Source of the DNA: Octopus sinensis | Lineage: Eukaryota | Direction: 5' to 3' | Assembly: GCF_006345805.1 (NCBI RefSeq) | Contig: NW_021831284.1 | Span: 62,001-126,000, forward strand | Length of the DNA stretch: 64,000 bases | In this document: positions 1 through 12,950 of the stretch, piece after piece | Numbering within the stretch: position 1 is the stretch's first letter | Layout: every line of letters begins with the position of its first letter | The notes under the pieces: model-generated | Told to the model about the DNA's origin: nothing | Seen by the model: only the letters and a program-made list of their open reading frames with translations | The model's database searches: none | Program-made: the position numbers and the translations under genes

Positions 1-1297
1 CAACATACACATCTTCTCATCTACTAACTGTATATGATTTCATGTGTAATCGACACAGACAAGTCCTCTTTGTGGGAAGATGTGACTTATTCTTCGGATA
101 TTTCTCTCTACGGGGACAGTAATGTTGTCTTCACTGCATCTCGAACAGCCAAGTAGAAAAATAAATAACGATGATAGATATTGGGCTGTGGCTGCAAGGA
201 ACAGTGATGAAAATATTTGCCATAGTAATTTGGGAACTCTCTATAAGCGGATCATTTCTTTAAATTATTTTGCTCGCTTTGTAGTCTACGCTTTTCGGAC
301 TTCTCCAACATTATGTCATCTCATATGTGCCTGTGTTACTGATGCAGTTCAACAATCATTTTCATTTTTCGAACACAGTGGATATCAAAATGTGATGAAT
401 TCAAATTATTTAAAAGTATATCCGATTTTTGAATTGATATTTACAGATTCCTGGATATCAATATATTTATGTGTCTGTTTCTGGTTGGGGATCTTATTCA
501 ATTAAGCAGAAGGATCTTTGCATTATTTATTTCGATCCCCTTTTTGAGAATTTGTTGGAAATGTATGTAGAATTTCCCTCAAGATTGGATGAGTCAACAT
601 CTCAAAAATCATTGATATCTTTTTACAATAACAAGTCCAGGACGTTCACTAAACAGACTATTATATATCCTGATAATATACTGGTATATTTGGTGATCAA
701 ATTTTTAGGAGTCCCCCGCCAACTCGAAACAAAACGGGCATGAATCAGAGGGTTAGTCATACTCAACAATGATTAGCTTTAGATTTTTCTGTGCCAATTC
801 AAATTCCGAGTGACAATTATTCTGAACACTCCGAGGAGCCTATTAAGACAAATCATAGTTTTCAGTCCGAGAGTGAATCAAATGAGTTACGTTCTGAAGA
901 GTGTGTACTAGAAATGTCGATCAATGTGGAGGACGATAATTTTACAAGAGGTAATTTTGTGTTTGACATGATTATAGTGGATTCCTGTGAACTTACCGAT
1001 GAGCTAAGAACACCTATTAATATAAGTGAGGAGAATCCAAGTATGGAATTACAGTCCGGTTAGTATGTTTATTCTGATGATAAAGATGATCCAGTTGTAG
1101 ATAGCTTGAATTTATCAGACTCAGGTGATGCTAATATTTCGAATCCCATTCAAACTTTGATTTATGAGACTAATATACAAATCACCAACGAAACACGTGA
1201 CGATCCAGCTGAATCAGGTTTGTGATTTATAATAATATTTTTAGTTCAAGTTGTGACACAAGAAGCAGAGGTGGAATCTAACCAAAGTAAATTTTAG
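1..1297 (+). CDS. Ankyrin-like protein, 3' part (ZU5-B + UPA domains, then acidic low-complexity tail); 5' end outside window
   Basis: Spliced translation LWEDVTYSSDISLYGDSNVVFTASRTAKYWAV...LYKRIISLNYFARFVVYAFRTSPTLCHLICACVTD...IPGYQYIYVSVSG aligns with recalled ankyrin ZU5-UPA text (QWEDITGTT..VSFTTNVSARFWL..LYRELICVPYMAKFVVFAK..LRCFCMTDD). GT-AG introns at 153-177, 416-446, 684-708, 752-776, 1059-1085, 1218-1244 join the ORF pieces; stop TAG 1295-1297. Confidence 0.8.
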
Positions 1298-3937
1298 TTT
1301 ATTTCTATGTTGTGTGTTTTGATTTCTTGATAATTTGGTCTATTTGGGGCCTATTTATCACATATCGCTTATTAATTCCCTATTTCTTAATTTTGTCCTT
1401 ATTAAAAAGCATCTAGATTATTTAGATTCATTATTCTAAATTGTTTTATTAATTAAATATTTTTTATTGGTTGATATTTATCCTATTTTAGATTTGGATT
1501 GATCTACCATCCTTACCAATTCGTTTTCTTAATCTTTAGTAATTTTAATACATTTTAAACTAAATCACTTCTTTTATTTTCGTAATTTTAAAAACTTATA
1601 TTTACAGAAATAGCTTAATATCTTAGTGACTTGATTTGTATAACTTATCCAAATATCGTCAACCTGAGATATTTCTATTTTCGTAAAAGACCTTTTCACA
1701 TAAACTTAGTGTTTGGGGAAATACTGACTATTTATATGCCCTAAGACCTCAAATAATTAGTTTTTTAATCTTGTAAAGGAATGAATTTTGTATGTCGGAG
1801 TTTTATGGGTTGGTCACAAATGAGTGTTAATAAGTCGTCGACTTTGCTAAGTGGGATATGCCACATCTCATCATTTTATGTTAGGATGATGATTATAAAA
1901 ACAGATTTAAATGTTAAAATTAAAACACTGCATACTGAAAATACTTGAAAAAAAACATTGAGTCTCAATTTCCATTACTATATGTCAGTATACTGTCCAG
2001 AAATTTCAATTAAATCTTTTATTCAGTCCGCTGTCTTTGTGAATTATAAACTACAAATTATGATCGAATGTATGAACCGATTTAAATAAACAAGATAGTG
2101 CTATGAATGTCCTCATTGCGGACCTCTTCAACGGAATGCTTAAAACAAACAACCATTTACCCCTTGGACGAGGGATACTGTTCCCTGTCCAAAAACCGAA
2201 CAAAGCTAAGAAAAATCTTTTGAATAGCATACGGGAAGTTCTTGCAATCATTACGCTAGAAAGAATAAAACCTCACACCGAACTATTTATATTCGCTTTT
2301 CACAGCGGATTTTGGAAAGGAAGATCGACTTCTGACATTGTGTAGACCAGTGGTTCTCAACCTTTTTTGTCCGCGGACCCCTTGTGAGTAAATGAAAAAT
2401 TTCGCGGACCCCCTACATATTTATTAAGTTTTTGTCAAAAAAATTTTACTTATCTAAACACAAAATTTATTATTTTATTTTTTTTTTAACACGTGATAAT
2501 CTATTGAATTCCAACAAAGTTAAACTAATGTATGTAAAGCAGAAAAACTGATGGCGATCCAGAAATTTATTATTAAATCAATAGAGAAAATTAGTGAGAA
2601 GGTTGATATTGTTTTTTTTGAGGCAACTTTTTCAATAAGAGGCTCGGTTGTCGACAAGCAAACCCTGATGTCATCTTCAATATTCAGTCTTGCGCGATGA
2701 TTATTTTTTATATTGAGAAGTGCTGAGAAGCCATGTTCGCATAAATATGTTGTCGGGAATATAAGCAACAAATTTAATGCATTTGCGCTTACGGAAGAAT
2801 AATGCTTACACATTTCGCACCAAAATCTTGATAAAGCAAGTTTTTCATACAAATCTTTTGCGTTTGAATTATTGATCATGTCAATAAAAGCCTCTTCGAC
2901 ATTTTCATCGACCAAACGTGGATCAACACTGAATGGTGTACGAATGAATTTCAAATCAACTTCGTTCAATTCTGGAAAGTATTTATTTACTTCTTGTTGA
3001 AGATATGTTAATGTGCATAAATAAGTTCGGTTATTTTTTTGATTTCAAATGCATCTATATTTACAGATTGTTCTTCAAAAGATTCAAACATAGTAAAATT
3101 ATTTAGTTTTACTTTTTCTTTCCACAGTGTTAACTTCATCAAAAAAGCACTAATAATTAATATGAAACAGTTAACAAACTTAATTTTATCCACAAAATCA
3201 ATTATTGTTTCATGTCTTCCCTGAAGCGATTTGTTGAGTGAATTTATACGAGAGAAGACATCTCTCAAGTAAGCAAGTTTAGATAGCCATGAACTATCCA
3301 TTAATTTTGGAATAAATTCCGATGATTTGGAATTGTTTTCGCGAATAAAATATTCAGATAATTCATTCCTCAAAGAAAAAACTCTGGCAAGAATGTTTCC
3401 CCTAGATAGCCATCTCACTTCAGTGTGGAATAACAAAGCCTTTCCATCCTTTTCAAATTCTTCGCAAATAAGTCTGAAAATGCGCGAATTTAAAGCACTC
3501 TTTTTAATATAATTTATGATATGTACGACATCATCGAGAACATATCTTAAATCTGAAGGTAATGTTTTTGCAGCAAGTGCATATCGATGTAGCATACAAT
3601 GCATATGTTTCGTTTCCTGGAGCAAGTCTAACTTGGCCTCTAAAGCCAGAATGAAAGCCAAGCATTGCTGGAGCTCCATCGGTTGTGCAACAACATACAT
3701 TATTCCAAGATAACCCAACACTGTCAAAAAACATAGAAATTGCTTGAAAAATATCTTCTCCTTTAGTGGTCGATTCAAGCGAATAGGAAAATAAAAATTC
3801 CTCTTTAAAATCTCCGTCATAGACATTACGAGCAAATATTATTAATTGAGCACAGTTCGCTACATCGGTGGATTCATTAACTTGTATAGCGAAATTTTGA
3901 TGGCATGCAGTTTTTATTGTTTTACCACCTGTTAAAA

Positions 3938-6349
3938 TCTTAATAATAAAATGGTATGGTGTGTGTCTGTCTGTCTGTCTGTGTGTGCACACCAACTTCA
4001 AATTGGCAATACGATGTCCTCGACTTACATGATGAGGTCCTTAAAACCTTCCCCCAAAAAAAATTAAAAAAAATTTTCTGCGTTTTGGTCAAAATGAACA
4101 ACTACGATGTCCTCGACTTACATGATGAGGTCCTTAAAACCTTCCCCCCAAAAAAAATTAAAAAAAATTTTCTGCGTTTTGGTCAAAATGAACAACTACG
4201 ATGTCCTCGACTTACATGATGAGGTCCTTAAAACCTTCCCCCCCAAAAAAATAAAAAAAAATTTTCTGCATTTTGGTTAAAATGAACAACTACGATGTCC
4301 TCGACTTACATGATGAGGTCCTTAAAACCTTCCCCCCAAAAAAATTAAAAAAAAAATTTCTGCATTTTGGTTAAAATGAAAACTACGATGTCCTCGACTT
4401 ACATGATGAGGTCCTTAAAACCTTCCCCCCCAAAAAAATTAAAAAAAATTTTCTGCATTTTGTTAAAATGAACAACTACAATGTCCTCGATTACATGATG
4501 AAGTCCTTAAAACCTTCCCCCCAAAAAAATTAAAAAAAATTTTCTGCATTTTGGTTAAAATGAACAACTACAATGTCCTCGACTTACATGATGAAGTCCT
4601 TAAAACCTTCCCCCAAAAAAATAAAAAAAAATTTTCTGCATTTTGGTTAAAATGAACAACTACAATGTCCTCGACTTACATGATGAAGTCCTTAAAACTT
4701 CCCCCCAAAAAAATTAAAAAAAAATTTCTGCATTTTGGTTAAAATAAACAACTACAATGTCCTCGACTTACATGATGAAGTCCTTAAAACCTTCCCCCCA
4801 AAAAAATAAAAAAAAATTTTCTGCATTTTGGTTAAAATGAACAACTACAATGTCCTCGACTTACATGATGAAGTCCTTAAAACCTTCCCCCCCAAAAAAA
4901 TTAAAAAAAAATTTCTGCATTTTGGTTAAAATGAACAACTACAATGTCCTCGACTTACATGATGAAGTCCTTAAAACCTTCCCCCCAAAAAAATTAAAAA
5001 AAATTTTCTGCATTTTGGTTAAAATGAACAACTACAATGTCCTCGACTTACATGATGAAGTCCTTAAAACCTCCCCCCCCAAAAAAAATTAAAAAAAATT
5101 TTCTGCATTTTGGTTAAAATGAACAACTACAATGTCCTCGACTTACATGATGAAGTCCTTAAAACCTCCCCCAAAAAATCAAAAAATTATTTTCTGCATT
5201 TTGATTAAAATGAACAACGCGAATGTCCTCGACATTCATGATGAGGTCCATTAAAACCTTCAAGGCAAAAATCTCACGTATTAAGAATATCCTTGATGAA
5301 AACGACAGCGAGAATATTAACAATGATGAACTCCCAATTATTCGCGATAAAGAAATTCAATTCATCCTATGTTTTTCTCTTTAAAATTAAATGCATATAT
5401 CATTATCGACCATGAATCAAAATTAAAGCTATTATCATATTTGACTTTGACAGAATGTGCAATCACAGATTGCACGACTTTGAATAGAGTGTGCAATTAA
5501 CAGATTTTGAAAAACCACTTTGATAGTTGAAACCACATTAGCACAATCATTAACACAATTTACCACCAATTGACGCACGACCTTGAATAGAGTGTGCAAT
5601 TAACAGATTTTGAAAAACACTTTGATAGTTGAAACCACATTAGCACAACCATTAACACAATTTACCACCAATTGACAGCGCAATCAGAAGAATTTGCGTA
5701 AAAATATTAACTATTTACTTGAGTTTTTCGTAAAGATAGAATTTATTTTCGGTATGCCTCTTTTCCTAAACTTTTTTATTATTCAAAAATAATTTTTTAA
5801 ATAGATAACCGAAGGAGGAAAAACGAAGCTGAAGAAAAACGGTCAGCTTAATAAGGTAATTAATTAAATCTTTTTTGTGTGTCGCTTTTTTGTGTGTCGC
5901 TTTCTTGCCTGCCGCATTTCCGCCTGCCGCATCTCCCCCTGCCCCATTTCCGCCAGTAAAAAACAAAAAAAGAAAAAAAAGGAAATTACAAAGGAAAAAT
6001 GAAAAAATTAAATAAAAAAAAATAAACCACAAAAAATGAAAAAAAAAGTGTGCAATGACAATAAACAAGGCCCAGGGACAGTCATTAAAGGTAGTTGGGT
6101 TATTTTTAGAGAGTGAGTGCTTTTCACATGGACAGCTGTATGTGGGATGCTCGAGGGTAGGCAGAAGAGAAAATTTATTCATATATGCCAAGGAAGGACG
6201 GACGACAAACATCGTTTATCAACAGGCGATAGAATAGGGTTACATTTAACCAGGTAGTTTTATACATCTACATAAACTTATAGTTGTTTGATGAAACAGG
6301 CCCTCCGCAGGAGCTAGGTCGCGGTGAGCGAAGCGAGCTGCCGAGCTAG
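3938..6349 (+). mobile_element. Non-autonomous Helitron, copy 1
   Basis: Starts TC after A (3938), ends CTAG before T (6349) with a subterminal GC-rich hairpin; carries Pif1 helicase C-terminus MTINKAQGQS...HGQLYVGCSRV (6055-6237); ends shared with 51798-54409. Confidence 0.92.
4011..5260. repeat. Tandem array of ~93-bp unit, ~14 copies, inside Helitron 1
   Basis: ATGTCCTCGAC recurs at ~4014, 4107, 4201, 4295, 4388, 4481, 4573, 4665, 4757, 4850, 4944, 5037, 5132, 5223; units differ mainly in C/A homopolymer lengths. Confidence 0.97.
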
Positions 6350-7599
6350 TAAATAATATAATATCAATAACCTGACACTTAATATTTTCTGACATTTCAG
6401 AAATTCGTCGATGAACAGTATCATTCGATAATGGTATTTCCGAAATCATATTTCAGCATGAGTGCCAATAAGAGTACGTACTATGTCTTTACAACAAGGA
6501 AGAATCAGTTTTTCGGCCATATTATGAGGTTTCTTTTCTTTCGCTATACGTAATGAGATCATGTAAGATGCTAATAGCATGGAATTATCAGAAGGCAAAG
6601 TTTGTATGAAACGAGTCAATACTTGATTTTTCATCATTTTAGGCAAAGAAATAAATAATCCTTATTTTTGTGGATTAGATGGGGATGACATGTGCGCAAG
6701 TGTATCACAAGAGTTGTTGGTTTCATGCTATTGTGTGACAGAATTTTCATGCACACAACACATTTTGGGCTTTCAAATCCATCTTTATCAATACAAATAA
6801 ACCCATATTTTATATAAATAATTAAGTTACATTCAGCTTTAAAGTAATTTAGCCTCCTCAGTATTATTGAATATTAAAATATATTAATTTATTTAGCCCC
6901 CTCAGTATTATTAATATTAAAATATATTAATTTATAATATATCTAAAAGAGTTATTAATTATGATTTAATTCTATTATATATTAATTTAAAATTGTTATC
7001 ATTAAATAAAAACATTTAAATAAAGTTTCAGAAAAATCTCGCGGACCCCAGGTTGAGAACCTCTGGTGTAGACCCATAAATGGCATTGTTCCACCATTCA
7101 AAGGTTCAAAAATGCGACATACATTCTTGGCATTGATATGTCAAGAGATTTTGAATCGATTAATCGTCAGAAATTAATGGAAGTCCTCGCAGGATTCCTT
7201 GATGAATCTTCTATCCGGATGATCAGGGCACTCTTATCAGAAACCTATCTATCGGTCAGGGTACGAGACAAGTGCTCTAAACCATTTGAAACAACATCTG
7301 GAACACCTCAAGGGGATCCGTTATCTCCTATACTGTTTGTCACATTTCTGGAAGTTGCATTGAGAAAACTAAAACCATACTATTAAGGAAAGATCAATGT
7401 GGTGGCATACGCGGATGACGTGGATCTTATTTCTTCCGACTGGGACGCTCTGGAAAGCCTACTGGAGGTGATGCCAAATAGACTTGCTGAGTGGTTCCTC
7501 AATGTAAATGTGGAGAAAACAGAATTTACTGAACTAGCAAAACTGAACTTAGGTTCAGAACTTACCTATATCTACAAAGGAGACTGACTTGAAAATTAA

Positions 7600-9030
7600 A
7601 AAATTAAACAACAGTAGGGCAAAATAGATGGAAAAATGAGCAAGTATGCACCAAGCGAATTGACAGCCATCATTACGAACATTTTTAATATGGTATTTGA
7701 GACACATTCACCTTTGAAACTTGGGGATGGAATTTTAATTTCTTTACGTAAACAAGGAAAGAGCAAGGGTCCGCTAAAAAATCTAAGATCAGTGATATTA
7801 CTGAAGACACTGAGAAAAATTCTATCTCTGATAACTCTTAATCGGATATCTTCTGATGTTTGCGATTTTCTGTCGCCAGGACAGAGTGGATTCAGAAGGG
7901 GTCGCTCGACTGCAGACGCTGTCTGGTCTCATAGATGGATGTGTGCTATGTGTCAACAATACAAAAATGACTTTAAAATTCTGGGAGTGGACATTTCCAG
8001 TGCGTTTGACACTGTCAATAGGAAATCGTTGTTGGACGTTATTGAGAGTTTTCATGATGAAACGGGTTGGAAACGAGTTATCAAATCCTTTTGGGACAAC
8101 AATTGGAACATTTAAGAGGTGGACTCTCTATCTCCGGTTCTATTCATAGTATACCTGGAGGCAGCACTGAGAGATCTCAGAACAAAGTGCGAAGGATCGA
8201 TGCCGATGGAAATTATATATCCAGACGACATAGACTTTGTGTCAGAAAATGATCAGGAACTTGCATCTGTTTTGAAGAAAATTCCTGACGAATTTGAGAG
8301 ATGGTGTTTGCACGTTAATCAAGAAAAGACTGAACACATAAGAATCGCAAGGGAATCGAAATATATTGATGAAAGTTGGAGGAAAAAAAGGAAATTGGGA
8401 TCATTACTTGGTGATAGTGAGGACATGATGTACCGGAGAGTTTTAGTTTTGCAATGTACAAGAAAATGCAAAAGATATGGATTTATAAAAAAAACTTCAA
8501 AAACAAACCTTAAGCTAAAGCTGTACAAAGCATATATAAAACCAGTACTCATGTACCTGGTACTTGGGGTGTCATAGAGGCAGAATTACATAAAATGGAC
8601 ACGTTTCACAGAAAACAACTACGCAATCTACTGGGTCTAGGATGGCCAAAAAAGATTCCTAACAGAAAATTATACGCTATGACACGATCGGTGCCAATAA
8701 GCATTGATATTATAGAATCAAAATGGAGGCTGTTTAGACCCGTACTTAGTATGGACGTAAACACACCAGCAAACACAATAATAGATGATAACTTTAACAA
8801 TAACAACAAAACACCGTTCAGAGGAAGGCCCAGGGTCACTCTCCCTGTTGCACTAAACAAGGAGACAACTTGGATGTGCTGACGACCCTGAAAACATACG
8901 AGTATATGCTCAAAGCAGACCCCGATGGAGACGCCTGGTGAACAAGATTTCTGAACGTGCGGTACAAACTGGACCTTAGCTAATTTAACATTTCTTTGGT
9001 TCTGTGTACGTGCTATTAATAATAATTATT
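7600..9030 (+). mobile_element. Second RTE-clade retrotransposon RT remnant
   Basis: LRSVILLKTLRKILS, QSGFRRGRSTAD, GVDISSAFDTV, DSLSPVLF, YPDD, KLYKAYIKPVL, FRGRPRVTLP across frameshifted ORFs 7636-8882; TAA-rich tail ~9010-9030. Confidence 0.85.
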
Positions 9031-9256
9031 ATTTGGTGACAATAATAGTATCAAAAACGTAAAGAGTAGTGGTATTATCTGATAAAGCCTTTCCTTAATA
9101 TGCCATTCAAAGGTAAAGAAAAATTTTAAAAATTCCAACTTTTCAATTTAGTTCTTAAAAAAACTTGGAAACGACTCCTTTCCAGGTCAGAACCAATAAA
9201 ATTATTTTCACTTGAGCGACGTATAGGCTGGACAACTCTCCGGCCAATAAATTGTA

Positions 9257-9705
9257 CAGTAAAACCTCTGGTGCTCGCCATTTTCGGGACCAAAGAAAAA
9301 ATGGCAAGCAATAGAATTTGGCAAGAAATGGAAATAATCAATAAATTTTTTGACTTTGAAATTTTGAAAACATTTCGGTTTTCGATACTTTCCGATCATA
9401 AGTGAGCCTTTTAAGTCATATTTGAGTAAAGAAACAAAGAGAATCGAAAGAAATTAAAAGGAAAAAATTAACTAAAAAAATCTTTAATAGTTTTTTTTAA
9501 TTCAGCCATATTTCTAATAACGGTGTCGATTAGCCATGTTTCTAATAATTTGTATCAAAATTTTCATTTTGATAAAAGAATGATTATTCTTTTCAACATT
9601 TTCAAAGCCTCTTCTGAATTCACATGAGAATAGAATATTTATCAAAATTTACTAGAAATTTTTAATTTTTTGAAAAATATGTGGCGAGCACCAGAGGTTT
9701 TACTG
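9257..9705. mobile_element. Tc1/mariner (pogo-like) MITE
   Basis: TIR CAGTAAAACCTCTGGTGCTCGCCA at both ends in inverted orientation, flanked by TA at 9255-9256 and 9706-9707. Confidence 0.9.
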
Positions 9706-9707
9706 TA

Positions 9708-11500
9708 TTTATAGCATTTCTCAAGTTCGGCCAGCTACAGGCGGTCCTGGGAAATGATTCCAAATTCGATGAGAGTAATTTCGTTCTTAATTTTTTCATA
9801 CACAAATATGTCAGGGTTTTTGTAGGGAATTTTCTTGTCTGTAATTATTTTAGAATCGACTCGTATTTCGACATTTTTTGTTGATATGATTGATTGGACA
9901 GAATAACCTTTCAATTTTTTGACTTTGCCGATTGCGTACTTCTTAAATAGATGCAGGTGAATACATCTCACGACCTCATTATTTCTTCTGACGTAATCAC
10001 TTGTGAGCATTTTTCCGCACTGGGTTGCCAAATGCACAACAGTTTTTTTGGTTCTCTTACAATGATTGCACAATTCTCCCTTGGTTGAAAAGAACAGACT
10101 TCTATCCTGCATTAGGCAATATAGTGCCTCACTTCTGGGAGTGACATTCTTTTTCCAAAGCAACCCGCTTGACGTTTCTATATTAATATTCTGATCATTT
10201 AGACATTTGAATAATATGGAATGCAGAACTTTACATTCGATAATTTTGATTAACAAATTCATCTGGGCGGTTTTGATAGACTCCGCACAGATGCTTTCTC
10301 TGCTCTCAATACCATACAGTGAACAAAAATAAAACTGAACATGCTTCTTCTTATAAATTTACAATGGGAGAATATTGCAAATGTGTCTCAAATTTATTCT
10401 TACCATAGATTAAGGTATTTTACATTTTTTAGTTTTTTTTGATAAATATATATTTATCCCCTTTTTATGAAATCGAAAATTCAAAACCAAAAAAAACTGA
10501 ACAAATTTAAATTACTTAAAGATATAAAAGAAAAAGTTTTATTTTTTTAAATTCGTTCAAATTCAATCATTTATAATCTCTTTACGTGGCTAGTCATTGA
10601 ACATCTAAAGAAAAAGACAGAATAATTTGCATGTATAAATCTGGAAAAACATACAGAAATCGCAAGAAAAATATTTAACAGCCAATCTGACCAAAACAGT
10701 AAAATTCGGTAGAGGAACTATCATGTTATGGGGTTCCATAAGCATTGTTGGATTCAGTAATTTGGTTTTGAGAAAAGAGAAGATGGGTGGAACTTTGTAT
10801 CGAACTTGAAGATTTTAGTTACCAAAAAGACAATGATCAGAAACATACTTCGCAATAGCAAGGCGCTTTTTTCAAGTAAATAATATGGAATTAATACCAT
10901 GACCTCAACCAAGCCCACATTTAAACCCTATAAAAAATGTTTGGGTCTTTATTAAAGAAAAAATCAAAGGAAGAGAATTTTTGAAAAAGGAACATTTATT
11001 TGCAGAAACATCATCCATTTGGAATGACCTCAAAATAAATATGCAAAAAATCTTATTAATAGCATGCCAGGCCGAATACTAGATGTAATTAGAGCTAATG
11101 GAGAACATAATAGATATTAAATAAATTTGTTCAGTTTTTTTTGGGTTCTGAATTATCAATGAATGAAAAACCGTATAAATATAATATTTTTTAGAAAAAC
11201 ACAAAAATAAACAATACTTTATTTAATTTTTTAAATCAATAGAAGTTATTTTTTAGATATTGTTTCATAGTAAATTCGTGAGAAAATGCTTGTTCAGTTT
11301 TTATTTTTGTTCACTGTATTTGGAGGCTAGATTCCTGCGATTGTTGATAAGTGCAATTTATTTCTTTTAATTGATCTCAGAATCCCCGATTTTCTCAGGC
11401 AAACTAGGCCACGACCCAAAAGATATTCTCTCAAGGCCACCTAAGAACTGGAATAGCATCAATTCACTTTTAAAAACAATTGACGTTAATCCTCTTCTAA
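9708..11500 (-). mobile_element. R2/NeSL-like (RLE-type) retrotransposon C-terminal remnant, interrupted by Tc1
   Basis: CNHC..HLATQC zinc knuckle and IRVD..NPDIFVYEK..LIEFGI (PD-(D/E)xK) in ORF 9735-10262; same family as 36030-39420; continues after 11318. Confidence 0.85.
10317..11316 (+). mobile_element. Tc1-like element (IR/DR type), internally deleted
   Basis: TIR CAGTGAACAAAAATAAAACTGAACA, TA TSD (10315-16, 11317-18), inner repeat AAAAAACTGAACAAATTT at ~10490 and inverted at ~11125; transposase remnants TVKFGRGTIMLWG and PQPSPHLNPIKNVW. Confidence 0.9.
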
Positions 11501-11924
11501 GGTTTTTCTACTCTTTAGGGTATTTTGAGGGAGACGAGTAAGTCGCTGATCTGCGGGTCGATTCAAAAAGGCTCAATGTTAATCAGGCCAATATAATAAT
11601 TATATAGCGACAGTGTATATTCTTTTATGGTATGAAACAAGTTTGCAGAGTTTGGTCTTGTTTTACAGAAAGTACTTCATCCTGGGATTTTGATATTTTT
11701 CAAATTTGGAAATTATTGATAGTAAATGTACTAAAAAATAAAATCGCTCCAAAAAGCAAGATGCCCCAAAGCGGAGGTTTTATTGGGGCAGGGTGGTATT
11801 ATACATACATAAAAGAAATTGATGAGGCACCGAGGTGTATAAAAACCAATTATATTCTCCAAAAATGAAAAACAGAAAAAGATTTTTACAAATAGCACAA
11901 ACCAATATAAAGAGTTAAGAGTAT

Positions 11925-12434
11925 TAAATATTGGCTTTTGTGAAAATTCGACCTGACACAACTATTTCTACGGATACGGCTGTTTCAAACAATAAACCAG
12001 ATATTTTTGTCCATGACAAGATGAAAAATACAATTACACTCATTGAATTTGGGATTACCTCACAAAATTACTTAAAGCAAGTTGAAGTGGAAAAGTTCCA
12101 CAAATATTATCTTTTAGCACATGAATTAGGAGCGATTCATCGGGCTAAAGTGAAGATAATCCCTGTTGTACTTAACTGGGATGGAATTGTCTCAAGATTC
12201 TTCAAAAGTCATCTGGATTCTATCGCAGTGGAAGACAGAGTGAAGGCATATATCCAAACACTCGTTTTAAGAAAAACATTGGAGAGTATGCAGGTGGAGA
12301 CAAGACATGGAATATCGGTTCCCGAAGAGGAGCAAGCAGTGATTGGGTGTCAACCGAAGGATTCTTCTGAACCAGGAATACGTGTAAACGAGGACCTCTA
12401 TGTACCGACTATGATAGTTGGGCATAAGAGATGA
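11925..12434 (+). mobile_element. R2/NeSL-like RLE endonuclease fragment
   Basis: NNKPDIFVHDK..TLIEFGIT..KFHKYYLLAHEL..IIPVVLNWDG. Confidence 0.85.
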
Positions 12435-12629
12435 ATGATTGTTTTAAAAAGAATATGTAATAATAGGGAAGAACAAAAATAATTCACTTCATTCTTTTGT
12501 TTAATAAAAATATATTTAAATATTGGCTGATAGAATTGGATCTGAAAATCTGTTATTCTTTGAGAATTGGCTTATTCATTAGGAAATTGGGTTTCATAAT
12601 TTATCTCATTGTTTATTTGAAAGTTTTTC

Positions 12630-12853
12630 TTAATTATCGAACATCAATGGATATAATGACGAATAAATGGCGCCACAAAATAAGATTAGAGGCAGTCCGC
12701 TAAAAAAGTTAATTGAGTTTATCGGAGCGTTTTTAAGGGGACGTGAAAAACGTTTCAACATCCCTGTCAAGACGAAATGGTTCTAAATTCGATAGAATCC
12801 GATTTAAGAAAGACTCTTTTTAGGAATGTGTTTAAGAATCCTTCAACATTCAT
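12630..12853 (-). CDS. Possible small single-pass membrane protein (~64 aa), head-to-head with DNAJB12
   Basis: ATG 12853, a possible 32-nt GT-AG intron, then ..FFSGLPLILFCGAIYSSLYPLMFDN*; no confident homology. Confidence 0.25.
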
Positions 12854-12950
12854 TTGGTATGTGAAACTGTATTTTTATTTTATTAAATGACTATTTATTT
12901 TGTTCAAAATAATCTTTATTCAAAACTATAATAAAGTTCCTTTGTGGTGC

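Larger units (their letters stand above)
2348..7065 (-). mobile_element. hAT (Buster/Charlie-like) DNA transposon with degenerate transposase
   Basis: TIRs CAGTGGTTCTCAACC / GGTTGAGAACCTCTG; 8-bp TSD GTGTAGAC at 2340-2347 and 7066-7073; motifs FAIQVNESTD, TTDGA, HCMLHR, EVRWLSRG, PTTYLCEHGFS in frameshifted minus-strand ORFs. Confidence 0.95.
2050..7590 (+). mobile_element. RTE-clade non-LTR retrotransposon RT remnant (2050-2339 + 7074-7590), split by a hAT insertion
   Basis: SGFWKGRSTSDIV ends at the hAT TSD and continues after 7073 as xTHKWHC..ILGIDMSR...GTPQGDPLSP...YADD. Confidence 0.8.

Noticed and set aside
4011-5260. CRISPR-like array
   Set aside because: Whole units repeat with no unique spacers, there are no cas genes, the context is eukaryotic, and the array lies inside a Helitron.
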